From IMG/VR virus record IMGVR_UViG_3300039351_000006: DNA of 64,000 bases; one strand, given 5' to 3'. This document shows positions 1-10,078 of this stretch, piece after piece. The notes under the pieces are model-generated. The model was not told where the DNA came from. It did no database searches and saw only the letters and a list, made by a program, of their open reading frames with translations. Each line of letters starts with the position of its first letter. Within the stretch, counting starts at the first letter, position 1. The translations under genes were made by a program, and so were the position numbers. This DNA comes from a virus.

Positions 1-1090
1 CCCAAGGCAAACCCTCTTCCTCAGAAATTTCTATCCACTTATCAACAAAGTTGATTTTACCAGTATCCTTGGTGTAAAAGTCAGCGATATTAATAGCGCA
101 CAAGCCACCTTTTTTAAGGGACTTGCGAATATTGCGAATAGTTGGTCTTACAAAGTTCTCCACCCAACCGTCAAGCTCAGAGTACTTGTTGTATGACTGT
201 GATTCTTCGGTTGAATACACTTCGCAGTTGAAGTACGGCGGTGAGGTGAAGCTGAAGTCAACCTGACCGTCAATACCCTCAATGTACTCAGAGCCTACAC
301 AGTGGATTTCCATTCGGTCGTAATCCACGCCCATGAAATTATTAAGGTCGTCTCTTAACTCATGAAGGTGGTAGCAGGTCTCCGTATTTGGGTCAGTACC
401 AATGTAGTAGAAATTTTTCTGGCTGGACATTGCACCCAGAAGCCTTCCACCAAAGCCCATGCTGGTGTCAAGAATCAAACCATTCTCAGGGCAGTACCTC
501 TCATAGATTGCCTGAGCATCAGTATTCTTAAAGTTGCTGGCACTACCACCAACAAGCCTTAGAGCAGAATACACCCTAGTAGGAATAGGGCTGGAACCTT
601 CTTTACCGTTATCAATGATAAAGCGAATAGCTTGCTTAAGCCATTTGCGGATGAAGAACTTATCATACATGCTGCCACGGTCAGCACCCTGCTGCTGCAC
701 CATGACCCTGTGAATGTTTGGGAAACGCCAGTTCTCCCACATACGACCGATAGAATTATTCTTCACATAATTACCGTTAAAACCAACAGTATTATCGAAT
801 ACCCTATTCAACTCGTTGTAAGTGCCGAACTCGCTGTAATACAGAGTAGGGTAAATACCCCTATCCAGATAAATATCTGCGATTTCATCAAGGGCTTTAT
901 CTCTATCTTCAGGAGCGAAGCTATTATACCACGCCTTGCTATACTTATCAAAGTCTACATCATCATAACCGGTAGAAGTTTCTTGACTCTCTGGGCACTC
1001 ATAATTCCAAGAGAAAAATCCACCATTATCACCCTTTTGGCGAATTTCTTCTTCAGACACTTCTGTAGCAAGAAAAGGCATCATTGACAT
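1..1090 (-). CDS. DNA methyltransferase (N6-adenine/N4-cytosine type), 5' part only; gene runs off the window edge
   Basis: Minus-strand translation from ATG at ~1084-1090 gives a SAM-binding motif FGGRLLG followed by the SPPY catalytic motif (D/N/S-P-P-Y/F); absent from ORF track because no stop lies inside the window. Confidence 0.7.
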   Translation of the reverse strand, partial: MSMMPFLATEVSEEEIRQKGDNGGFFSWNYECPESQETSTGYDDVDFDKYSKAWYNSFAPEDRDKALDEIADIYLDRGIYPTLYYSEFGTYNELNRVFDNTVGFNGNYVKNNSIGRMWENWRFPNIHRVMVQQQGADRGSMYDKFFIRKWLKQAIRFIIDNGKEGSSPIPTRVYSALRLVGGSASNFKNTDAQAIYERYCPENGLILDTSMGFGGRLLGAMSSQKNFYYIGTDPNTETCYHLHELRDDLNNFMGVDYDRMEIHCVGSEYIEGIDGQVDFSFTSPPYFNCEVYSTEESQSYNKYSELDGWVENFVRPTIRNIRKSLKKGGLCAINIADFYTKDTGKINFVDKWIEISEEEGLPW

Positions 1091-1111
1091 TAAAATTACT
1101 CCTGTATAAAC

Positions 1112-1381
1112 CTACTGCAACACCTTTTGAGAATTACCTAAACTTGGCAAAGAATTAGTATCACTACACATGCCATCCACGCTCACCGAACAATCTGTAT
1201 CAAGCAATTTAGGGCCATCACTTTTCAAAATTCTACTAGCGAGATTGGGGTCAAAATTAGGATTAACATACTGAGTACTCCTCTCTGGAATACCCGGGTT
1301 GTCCTCCTCTCTTGACATCCTCTCAGCCAGAGACTCTTCCTCTGACATGTCTTTACCCTGCATATTTACCAAAAACACCAT
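1112..1381 (-). CDS. hypothetical small protein
   Basis: 89-aa ORF co-oriented with flanking genes. Confidence 0.35.
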   Translation of the reverse strand: MVFLVNMQGKDMSEEESLAERMSREEDNPGIPERSTQYVNPNFDPNLASRILKSDGPKLLDTDCSVSVDGMCSDTNSLPSLGNSQKVLQ

Positions 1382-1803
1382 TTCTAACTCCTAACGACTT
1401 TTATTCATGTTACCACAAATCATGAGCTCGTTTCTGAATATTCATTTGATTCCTTAAAGCCTCTGAACCCCTAACAAAAAGACCGGAAGCAATCAAACTC
1501 TTCCTAGTAGCCACTGCACAATGAAATACCTTGTACTGATACCCTATGTAATCCATTGGAGCAAAACACATTTCAATTATTGCACCCTAATGCTATAATA
1601 CAAAATCTTATACCTACCATCAGAGTAGTTAGCCTCTTTATAGAAAGTTATACACTCAGAATGTAACAACTTTTCTATTTCACTAACCGTAATGCCACCA
1701 TGACGCATATAAGACCTGCTCATTAAATAAAAGTAGCAAACTTTTCCCAGAGGCCAACCCAATACGACATAGTAATAATTTGGATTAATCAAATCTTTTC
1801 TCA

Positions 1804-3987
1804 TCAATCCACACTACCTTCATAGGTCTTCTTATTACCGGTTGTATCGTGACGTTCACCACCGGTTGTTGTACCAGACAGAGCGGTACCTGGAATAGCA
1901 TCAGCAGCTGTACTGTTTCCTTCGACCTCACATCCAGCCTCAGAATTAGCACACCTACCAGCGGTACCAGCCAAATCCTGCGCACTCTGACCGGAAACAG
2001 TCTTATTATCAGCAGCCTTCAATACCCTGAAGTAGAGCGGGTCTTTCAACTTATTAGCCATATAAGAGCTGCCCCAGATAATATACTTCTCAGTGATAGC
2101 AGTAGCAGCAGTCCAAGTCTCAATCTTACCCGTCTGACCTGGCTTCAAAGTGACACTGTCTTTAAGACCAAAGACGTTACCAGTTCTATAAGTAGGATTA
2201 CCACTATTATCACTAAGAGTGCTATCATCACCAAAAGTGACTTCATTACTACCCGTATTAGTAATGGTGAACACCATACCAACCTGAATAGAATTAGACC
2301 TCACATCGAAACCACGATTACGGGAATCCTTAGTCTCATACCATTTAATGGCATCGCCACCCACCCTAAATTCGGTCAGCGTCACATTAAGTGGATTATC
2401 AACCGGCTTTCCATCCTTGTCTTTTCCTGGCTGCGTGTAGTTAAGTCGTGTACCAACAGTGGCAGGATTATCAAAACTACCATCACCCTTTTGAGGAATT
2501 ACCTTAGTCTTACCAGAAAGCAGACGATACGTACCAACCCAAGTTTTATCAATTACCCAGCGGTCTTTAACCAAATCAGTTAATACATTCTTCTTATGGT
2601 CAGCCAAATCCTTCTTCTCGTCAGGAACCGGAATACCCTCGACGGTTGTACCATCATCAAGTTGCACACCTGGCTTATTCGGGTCAGAATCCTTTAAAAC
2701 AGTACCGTCCTTAAGCTGAATACCCTTGATGTCTGTATCATAATCATAAATCTGCAAACCATCATGTTGCGGGTCAACATCCTCAAAATCCTCTTTCTTA
2801 GTCTTTGAGGAGTCTTGCTCATCTTTACTGTCTTTGCTAGCGTCTTTATCACCATTGTCTTGATTTTGCGCGGAAGCACTACCGTCCTTACTGTCAGTAT
2901 TCCCGTCCTTATTCTGCCCGTTATTGCTGGCATCTTTACCATCTGTGGTCTTCTCCTGTGGGGCGTCAGAACCCATGCCAGAGGTGTCTGAAATATCCTT
3001 AATACCAAATACCTGCTTAGTAGTGTTTTCATCCGCTTGACCACCGGACATTAGATACAGCTGGTTTTGGAAGTCATTCATGCAGTTAATAAAGTCATCA
3101 CTACTGAAAAGTACTTTATCGAGGTATTCATCTTCCGCCACGCTAGCTGAATACCCTGCTGCGCCCTCGGAAATCATTTCATTCTTAGAAATTTGCTTTG
3201 TTGTCCTTAAACCAGTAGCCTGCTTGGTGATAATTACAGCCCACTCTGCGAAAATCTCAGCACTATCAATGTTGTAGCTAACACTATTAATACTGTTAGT
3301 ATAGTCATCCAGAGAAGGCTCTTTGTCATCAGACGTGCTGGTATTGCTACTGTCTTTGCTGGCTTTATTTTTGGCAGTGTCTTCGGCCAGCTTGTCAACT
3401 TTCCAAGCTTGAATAGCCTGCTGAATATCAACCCTATTAACAGGCACCTTAGACCAATCCAGAGTTGTTCTAGCCAAGGTGATGTTATCCTTGTTTAAAT
3501 CTCCTTGACGCTTTTCACCCTTATTGAAAAGACCAGTCTCTTCCACTTGCGGCAAACTGTATTCCGTCTTGGCAAGCACGGCCTTTTTCATTTTCGCATA
3601 GATAGGGTTATCATTATTGTAGGAGATTTCTTGGTACAAATACCCCTTGTTGCCGGCTTCGTTAGCGGTTGCCAGAGCATCGAAAGAACCACTCTGCACT
3701 AGGGAACTCCAGCTATTATAAGCGTCTTGAGCGGAAACACCGTTCTTATTGCCGGAGGACTTCTTCACGACCACCATAACGATGAGCAGAGCCACAACAG
3801 CGACTATTGCCACAGGAACAATCCAAATCTTGGATTTTTTCTTTTTCTTGTTTTTGGCAGACACCTTTTTATTAGGAGACTTTTTAACCTGATTTACAGG
3901 CTTTTCCTCTTTGGGTTGCTCCTGCTTAAACGCGGTAGGCAAACCAGTATCCCCAGCATTTTGTACTTTTCCACCACTCACACGCAT
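1804..3987 (-). CDS. membrane-anchored protein: Lys-rich N-terminal tail, one TM helix, long acidic low-complexity D/K/S/N-rich linker, C-terminal globular domain
   Basis: 727-aa ORF; hydrophobic stretch IWIVPVAIVAVVALLIVMVVV after KKKKKSK; D/K/S/N-rich repeats. Confidence 0.6.
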   Translation of the reverse strand: MRVSGGKVQNAGDTGLPTAFKQEQPKEEKPVNQVKKSPNKKVSAKNKKKKKSKIWIVPVAIVAVVALLIVMVVVKKSSGNKNGVSAQDAYNSWSSLVQSGSFDALATANEAGNKGYLYQEISYNNDNPIYAKMKKAVLAKTEYSLPQVEETGLFNKGEKRQGDLNKDNITLARTTLDWSKVPVNRVDIQQAIQAWKVDKLAEDTAKNKASKDSSNTSTSDDKEPSLDDYTNSINSVSYNIDSAEIFAEWAVIITKQATGLRTTKQISKNEMISEGAAGYSASVAEDEYLDKVLFSSDDFINCMNDFQNQLYLMSGGQADENTTKQVFGIKDISDTSGMGSDAPQEKTTDGKDASNNGQNKDGNTDSKDGSASAQNQDNGDKDASKDSKDEQDSSKTKKEDFEDVDPQHDGLQIYDYDTDIKGIQLKDGTVLKDSDPNKPGVQLDDGTTVEGIPVPDEKKDLADHKKNVLTDLVKDRWVIDKTWVGTYRLLSGKTKVIPQKGDGSFDNPATVGTRLNYTQPGKDKDGKPVDNPLNVTLTEFRVGGDAIKWYETKDSRNRGFDVRSNSIQVGMVFTITNTGSNEVTFGDDSTLSDNSGNPTYRTGNVFGLKDSVTLKPGQTGKIETWTAATAITEKYIIWGSSYMANKLKDPLYFRVLKAADNKTVSGQSAQDLAGTAGRCANSEAGCEVEGNSTAADAIPGTALSGTTTGGERHDTTGNKKTYEGSVD

Positions 3988-4009
3988 CTAAGTAATCTCC
4001 TAAATAACA

Positions 4010-4693
4010 TCAAATCATATCAGCTGTCAGTGAAGCGAACAAGTCAGCCGCTTCAGGGTCGGAATCAGCAGCATCCGATTCTCCACTAGAGGAATACCCG
4101 TTGCTGGGTACTTCTTCACCGGAATCGTCCTCAACGTCATACATTCGATATGAAGATTCTTCCTGCGGATTTTCCTTAACTTGGATTCCCAGATTCTTAA
4201 GAATACTACTACCTGATTCAGGCTGCTCTTCAGGTTTCTCCTCTTTTTGAGATGCAACGTTAACTTTGCCACTTTGCAGCAAGGAAAGCACTTCGTTGAC
4301 TTTGGAAGCAATATCAGACACCTGACCGGACAGATTAGTGAACTTGTCTTTCAGGTCTGAAATACCCTCTGGCGGTATGCTTTCTTTCCCTTCTGTTGGG
4401 GAGATGTCCTGTATCTTGTCTTTGCCGACAGCAAGCTCGTCGTCCAGATCGCCCAGACCCAAATCAAGAGCACCAATAGCAGCATTTAGAGAATCAAGCT
4501 CAGCGCTCCAATCACTGACCGCCTTCTCACGAGCCGTCTTATCAATGAAAGCCTTCACTGTAGTACTTTTATGATACAGATTAAAGCTCTCATAAACCAG
4601 CTGAGCTAGAGTATGATTTTCCTTAGCCGGCAGAATTACATCCTGATATAAGTCATCAGGTACATCCACCAATAACCTAACCTTATGCCCCAT
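4010..4693 (-). CDS. acidic hypothetical protein
   Basis: 227-aa ORF overlapping the upstream gene end by 11 nt (operon-like). Confidence 0.5.
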   Translation of the reverse strand: MGHKVRLLVDVPDDLYQDVILPAKENHTLAQLVYESFNLYHKSTTVKAFIDKTAREKAVSDWSAELDSLNAAIGALDLGLGDLDDELAVGKDKIQDISPTEGKESIPPEGISDLKDKFTNLSGQVSDIASKVNEVLSLLQSGKVNVASQKEEKPEEQPESGSSILKNLGIQVKENPQEESSYRMYDVEDDSGEEVPSNGYSSSGESDAADSDPEAADLFASLTADMI

Positions 4694-6488
4694 GATTCTC
4701 TCCCGTACCTACTTGAGTTGCAATCCAAAGATTTGACTTGCCATCTTTCTCAGATTCTTCTTTATATACTGTTACTGAGTCTTTCAACAACTTTTTACAA
4801 TTGTCCAGCACTTTAGAGTCAGGGTTCATAATATGCCAATTCACCTTCATCCACGTTTCAGGCATATTATCCCTAAACAGACCACCCAGATTAGCCAAGG
4901 TAGAACGCATACTAATTTTAATACCCCTGGAGATGACAGCATTTCCAACGGCCACCTGACAAAGCCTCTTAAACAACATTCTACGAATATGACTTCCAAG
5001 GCAACCCACGCTAATTACCACGTTATAACCAGAGGTATCAAGCTCTTCCAAGCGCTTTTCCCAGTTGATATTCATGAGCCAAGCCTCGTTAACATAACCC
5101 AAACCAAGGCTGAGAACTTTCATACCTGGCTGAGCGGCAACGCAAAAGTCAGTGATATTACCACCGTTCACGAGCCACGAAATACCCTTGCTTTCGGAAA
5201 GCTTTACACCCATCGCATGCATGTAGTAATCCATGTATGTGTCAGTACTAAGCTCTACAAGCAGCACTTCTTTACTTTGCGTAAAATGACCCAAAGAAAA
5301 CGCGTCATCACCTGACAGACGCCTTAACTTGTACCCAAGCAGTATTTTACTTCTAAGATATTGCGCAACAAATTGATTGTCACCCTCTGCACCACTTGCT
5401 AAAACCATTACGTGTTGCGCAATATTGCCACTATATTTGGGTAGCAACACGGGCTCTCGTGCAGTGCTCTTCGAGGCAAGAAAAGCCCAATTCGTTCTAT
5501 CTATTGAAACGGTTGCCTTGCTCTCATTCAAACGGCTTTGATTGAGAATTGTAAGACTTTTATCTGCATCAGATAAACGCTTCTCATACTTCTCTTTTTC
5601 AGCGGAAATCTTACTAACCTGATTCTTGGTCTCTTGCAGAGCGCGAAGAGCCTCATCCCTTTCGGAAGTCATCTTTCCAAGAGCCACTTGGCTTGACTGA
5701 TAACTACTCTGCACTGCTTGCAATTCGTTTAACTTAGATTCAAGCGACCTACTATATTCCTGAGAAGCAACAAGCTGGCTCTGAATACCCTGGGTCTTTT
5801 GCTGCTGGTCATAAATCCCCGAATTGGCTTCAACCAGTTGACGCTTAACACCCTCAAGCTCGGCTCTGGCGGAAGAACTTGTGTTCTTTTCATCCTGCAA
5901 TAGATTATTCAGACGAGCAATCTCTTGGTCTTTGCCAACCAAGGCAGTGTTAACCCTATCCAAGTCAGACTTCACATCAGCCAAAACACCCTGCTGCAAA
6001 GTGTACTGCCTCTTAATACCCGAGAGGGTTTCCTCCAGCTGTCGAATCTGCGCCTTCAACTCAATGTTTTCAAGGCCTGCGTCAACACCAGTACTGTAAT
6101 TAGTGCTAATACTACTAGGCTGATAGCCAACATCATAATTATTAATGACAGGAGCGCTGACTTTCACTTCCACCTTGGAGCCCAGTTTGTCATTGATCCA
6201 ACTCACCAAGCCCTGGTCATCACCGGTGTACTTGTAGTACTTTCCAGTATTTTTAATGGCGTTGCCACTTTTACCGTCAAGATACGCATCATTGCTGATG
6301 GCATACACCACCACAACAACTCGCGTATCCCTAACAGCATCAGCCGCAGACAGGTTGGCCTCAGAATCATTGCTAGGGGTAATTATAGTATAATTACCCG
6401 CTCCGAAAGAGGAACTTAGACCCTCAGCTATATATTCCTGAACCTGCTCAGGAATACCCATGCATACCGCTTTGACCTGCAACGCCAT
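4683..6488 (-). CDS. large coiled-coil protein (central heptad-rich segment), unknown function, immediately downstream of the actin-like ATPase
   Basis: 601-aa ORF; long Q/E/L-rich helical segment; TAA stop. Confidence 0.55.
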   Translation of the reverse strand: MALQVKAVCMGIPEQVQEYIAEGLSSSFGAGNYTIITPSNDSEANLSAADAVRDTRVVVVVYAISNDAYLDGKSGNAIKNTGKYYKYTGDDQGLVSWINDKLGSKVEVKVSAPVINNYDVGYQPSSISTNYSTGVDAGLENIELKAQIRQLEETLSGIKRQYTLQQGVLADVKSDLDRVNTALVGKDQEIARLNNLLQDEKNTSSSARAELEGVKRQLVEANSGIYDQQQKTQGIQSQLVASQEYSRSLESKLNELQAVQSSYQSSQVALGKMTSERDEALRALQETKNQVSKISAEKEKYEKRLSDADKSLTILNQSRLNESKATVSIDRTNWAFLASKSTAREPVLLPKYSGNIAQHVMVLASGAEGDNQFVAQYLRSKILLGYKLRRLSGDDAFSLGHFTQSKEVLLVELSTDTYMDYYMHAMGVKLSESKGISWLVNGGNITDFCVAAQPGMKVLSLGLGYVNEAWLMNINWEKRLEELDTSGYNVVISVGCLGSHIRRMLFKRLCQVAVGNAVISRGIKISMRSTLANLGGLFRDNMPETWMKVNWHIMNPDSKVLDNCKKLLKDSVTVYKEESEKDGKSNLWIATQVGTGENHGA

Positions 6489-6546
6489 GAACGCACCTAC
6501 CTACAAAACAAGGTGGCACCTATTATGATGCCACCTTATTACTATT

Positions 6547-7755
6547 TTAGAACTTCTCCGCCATAATGGTTGCACCGAGCACATTAAGGTCACGCGGGGA
6601 CGCACCCTCAGGCGTAGGCAGAAGGTCCGAGTACTTGGCAAGCCTATGGACATAATTCCACACGTACTTGCTCAGAGGGTCAAGACCTTCAGACGCGATG
6701 CTGCCACCACCTACAGGCAGGACAAAGGAAATCTGATTAGCCGCGTAATCAGTACCCTCAAGGTAACGAGTCACACCGAAGTTAATCTTCTGCGCAACCG
6801 CATCCTTGGCCTGACTGACGTAATCCTTGATATCAATGGAACGCTTCGGTCCAATCTTAATTCGACCGGTCTTAACAGCCTCAGCGATAACGTCCTCAGG
6901 ATATTCACCACCAATTTCAGCGTCGGAACGGAGCAGGCGATCAACGCCGCCCTGTACATCTCGACCGCCGTATCCGATGGTATCCATAGAGGAGGAAACC
7001 AGCTTACCACCCTTCACCACGCAGACATCCGTAGTACCAGAACCGATATCGATAACGAGAATCATGGAGTTCACAATCTCGGCATCAATACCCTTGTTGA
7101 ACTTGCTGGAGCTTTCAAACAGAGCTGCGATGCAAGCCGCCGCGCCCTCAGGCACAACACCGACCTTCTCTACAGTTGTCTTAAGCAGAATACCCTTGGT
7201 GATTGCACCATCAGAGTCAGACTGCTCCACCTGCACAGAGCCGATGTCAGCGAACTTCTTACGAATGACATCACGACCGTTAGCCACGTCGTTCGGCGGG
7301 AGCAGAACCATGATTTTCCAAACCAAATCCTGGCTGAGTTCAGCTTCATTACCACCCTTACCAAGGAAATTAGCAATATCCTTAGTACCCACAAAAAGTG
7401 CGTAACGGACGGCCAAATCAGTAGACTGGGAAGAATACTTCTTCTCAGTAGTAGTCGGGCGAATCAGACTCTTGGAAAACTCGTTCTCAACGATGTCACC
7501 GTGAGCATACACATCACCAGCATACTCAATATAGGCATTCTCCGGCGTGCGGTAACGCTCAGGAATAATGTAACCCTCCGGCAGACGTGCATAAGTGTTA
7601 GTCACACTATGATACTTCTTAAAATGATGACCACTACCATCATCAAACACCACATTGAAACGCGTGGCGGAATTTCCAAAATCAATAACAAGCTTGGCTT
7701 CTGTAGCCATCTTCAACTCCTCTTTAAAGATAACCGACCGCCCGCAAACGGACAC
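6547..7755 (-). CDS. actin-like ATPase of the ParM/StbA/Alp family
   Basis: Phosphate-1 motif LVIDFGNSATRF, phosphate-2 motif LVIDIGSGTTDVCVV, adenosine motif VLPVGGGS; ~400 aa. Confidence 0.75.
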   Translation of the reverse strand: MSVCGRSVIFKEELKMATEAKLVIDFGNSATRFNVVFDDGSGHHFKKYHSVTNTYARLPEGYIIPERYRTPENAYIEYAGDVYAHGDIVENEFSKSLIRPTTTEKKYSSQSTDLAVRYALFVGTKDIANFLGKGGNEAELSQDLVWKIMVLLPPNDVANGRDVIRKKFADIGSVQVEQSDSDGAITKGILLKTTVEKVGVVPEGAAACIAALFESSSKFNKGIDAEIVNSMILVIDIGSGTTDVCVVKGGKLVSSSMDTIGYGGRDVQGGVDRLLRSDAEIGGEYPEDVIAEAVKTGRIKIGPKRSIDIKDYVSQAKDAVAQKINFGVTRYLEGTDYAANQISFVLPVGGGSIASEGLDPLSKYVWNYVHRLAKYSDLLPTPEGASPRDLNVLGATIMAEKF

Positions 7756-7837
7756 AGCACCGCCACGAACGCTAATTCATTAATATGTTACCAGATACAC
7801 ATTGAGCTTGGATAAAAATTCATATCCAACTCTTAAT

Positions 7838-7910
7838 ACTTTCTAACTAAAAATTTTCCAATTCTTCTACATGTTAATAATTCCTAACCAGACTATAATA
7901 CTTTCTAACC
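7838..7910. repeat. two direct copies of TAATACTTTCTAAC in the DHH-ParM intergenic region (candidate centromere/promoter repeats)
   Basis: Exact 14-nt repeat ~59 bp apart, upstream (in minus-strand transcription sense) of the ParM-like gene start at 7755. Confidence 0.35.
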
Positions 7911-7917
7911 AGCAAAA

Positions 7918-9468
7918 CTAGCGCTTTTGCAGCACATAGCTAACGCCATTTCTGCTTTCGCTAACATCAATAATACCACCTCTTACAGTAGCATCATCAC
8001 CTTCTGCACCGAAATAAAGCACCTCTCGACCATCAATATCGAACAATACCCTCTTCGGGGAGGCTTTCAGGATTTGAATACCCCCACCAGTATACTGTAG
8101 GTATACCCTCTGCGTACTTGGCGCATAATCATTATACTGCGCTATCTTCCTGCCATAAGTGCTATCAAAAACAGCCAGATTCTCCACAGGGCGGATTATT
8201 TTATCAGATTTACCAGACTTTTTGAATTCTTCCACCAGAGTGTCAACTTCTTTGGCAATGCCCTTGAAATCCACCTCTTCAGGCATACCTGGGATACCGA
8301 AAGCCGCTGAATGGCCAGCTCCGTCAAGGAGTCCTTTCTCATGCAAAACCTCTCTGTAAGGCAAGTTATGCAAGCCTCTGAAGCTGGCACGTTTTACAGT
8401 ATTACCCAGATCACGTGCAATGGCAATGACACAGCAATTCTCGTCGTCTTCCAGCCAACTTGCGGCCAAACCTAGAAAATTACTTGGATTGCACTCAGCC
8501 AAGATATTCTGCTTTACCGGATATTTCAGGTCGATTACGGCAAAATTATTACTATATTTCTTAATGTTGGCCTCTTGTAAGATAGCATCACGTACTTTAC
8601 GCTGGTATTCTTGCCAATTCCTACCGTTAATACCCTGATAGGTAGGGTAACTACCACCCTTGAAAAGTTTTACCGCATCATTTTCCAAATCAAAGCGGAA
8701 CAGGGAATTAATGGCTGGGGACAAAGTGAAATCTATGTACGTTCTTGTTAGCCTGATAACACCAAACTCCCAATCACACCTATTTTTCATAACTTGGTCA
8801 ACGACGTGTCTTAATACCCCTGAGAGACTTCCCTTCTTAAGGCTGATTGGCCTATTATACTGCCAGTTAAAGACTTTTTCCAGCCACCACCTTGCCTCAG
8901 GACTACTAATGTCTCTGACGTCACTTAGCAGTGTCCAGCCAACCAGCTCTTCGGCATAAACGCCACCCCAGTCACTGCCCGAATACCCCCGGAGAATATC
9001 CAATATGACACCAGCGCCACTTTGGTAGCGGCGGTCTTCTCTCTCAAACTCATACTGATTGTTAATTACCACGCCCTTGGCATTGTTTTTGCCAGACTTA
9101 ACTATTAATTTTTGACCTGTTGGCAATTCGTGGTGGTCAGCGGACATGATGTTAATACCCAAGCTGACGAGCCATTCTATCTGCTCTTCCGTGGTTGTGA
9201 AGTCACCGTGCAAGATGTACGCACCGGAAAGGTCTTCTCCTAGATAATTCTTCAAGTCTCCCTCTGTCAGGAAGAATCCGTGCGCACGGTTGGTGTTGCA
9301 ATACCAGCTGTAGGAAATACCCCTCTCCTCCAGCCAAGACATTATAAGTCTGGCAGCGACAACACCATCAATGTCTGGGTCAACGTACACCAATACCCTA
9401 GGTGAAGTCTCCTTTTCCAATTTGGAGAGAATCTCATTCGCCACTTCTTGACCGTACACGCAATTCAC
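7918..9468 (-). CDS. DHH-family phosphoesterase (RecJ/NrnA-like)
   Basis: Motifs VYVDPDIDGV and SADHH in the N-terminal domain; 516 aa; TAG stop. Confidence 0.75.
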   Translation of the reverse strand: MNCVYGQEVANEILSKLEKETSPRVLVYVDPDIDGVVAARLIMSWLEERGISYSWYCNTNRAHGFFLTEGDLKNYLGEDLSGAYILHGDFTTTEEQIEWLVSLGINIMSADHHELPTGQKLIVKSGKNNAKGVVINNQYEFEREDRRYQSGAGVILDILRGYSGSDWGGVYAEELVGWTLLSDVRDISSPEARWWLEKVFNWQYNRPISLKKGSLSGVLRHVVDQVMKNRCDWEFGVIRLTRTYIDFTLSPAINSLFRFDLENDAVKLFKGGSYPTYQGINGRNWQEYQRKVRDAILQEANIKKYSNNFAVIDLKYPVKQNILAECNPSNFLGLAASWLEDDENCCVIAIARDLGNTVKRASFRGLHNLPYREVLHEKGLLDGAGHSAAFGIPGMPEEVDFKGIAKEVDTLVEEFKKSGKSDKIIRPVENLAVFDSTYGRKIAQYNDYAPSTQRVYLQYTGGGIQILKASPKRVLFDIDGREVLYFGAEGDDATVRGGIIDVSESRNGVSYVLQKR

Positions 9469-9542
9469 CTATCCGCTAAGACACTATTTGAAGAATATTA
9501 TACCAAAAATTGGCTACTATTTTAGAGTAATTAAAAACATAC

Positions 9543-9573
9543 GAAAAGAGGGCCGGATTCATATCCGACCCTC
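9543..9573 (-). terminator. intrinsic terminator after gene 9585..10076
   Basis: Hairpin GAGGGCCGGAT/ATCCGACCCTC (11 bp, 1 mismatch, 4-nt loop) followed on the minus strand by TTTTCGTATGTTTTT. Confidence 0.5.
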
Positions 9574-9584
9574 TGACCACTACT

Positions 9585-10076
9585 TTAGATGCCGTAATAA
9601 TATGTGCGGCGGGCGTATTCCCTTTGGAAGTCCTCGTCTATTTTCTTAAGCAAACCAATCCAACTTGGGTGAACCTGCTCCAGAGGAACAAGAGTGGCAT
9701 TAAACTTTTCAACGGCGGCTTTACTGTAGCCTTCGGGACGGCAGTAACTCCACTTGATATTGAAAGCGAAGGGATTAGTACATTCGCCAATATTCTTCTT
9801 ACGAATAGGCCAATCCCAGAAATACCCTCTCTCGTTGATGAGCGACTGAATGAATTTATCAGTATTCCTATAACTGGTGCTGCTGTACACAGCATACTGG
9901 GAGTACAGGCAAGTCCAGCCATTCTTACCCTTGTAAGCCACGCAATGAGGCACGCCATAACGGTAGAGAATGTACGCTTCGTCACCCTTGTAAATACCCA
10001 CAAAGGTGATTTGCTTATCACCATTCATACCGGTGGAGAAGCCCTTGCTCTTGATATCCATGTAAGTCTCAGACAT
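9585..10076 (-). CDS. hypothetical protein
   Basis: 163-aa ORF, aromatic-rich, no recognisable motif. Confidence 0.5.
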   Translation of the reverse strand: MSETYMDIKSKGFSTGMNGDKQITFVGIYKGDEAYILYRYGVPHCVAYKGKNGWTCLYSQYAVYSSTSYRNTDKFIQSLINERGYFWDWPIRKKNIGECTNPFAFNIKWSYCRPEGYSKAAVEKFNATLVPLEQVHPSWIGLLKKIDEDFQREYARRTYYYGI

Positions 10077-10078
10077 GA

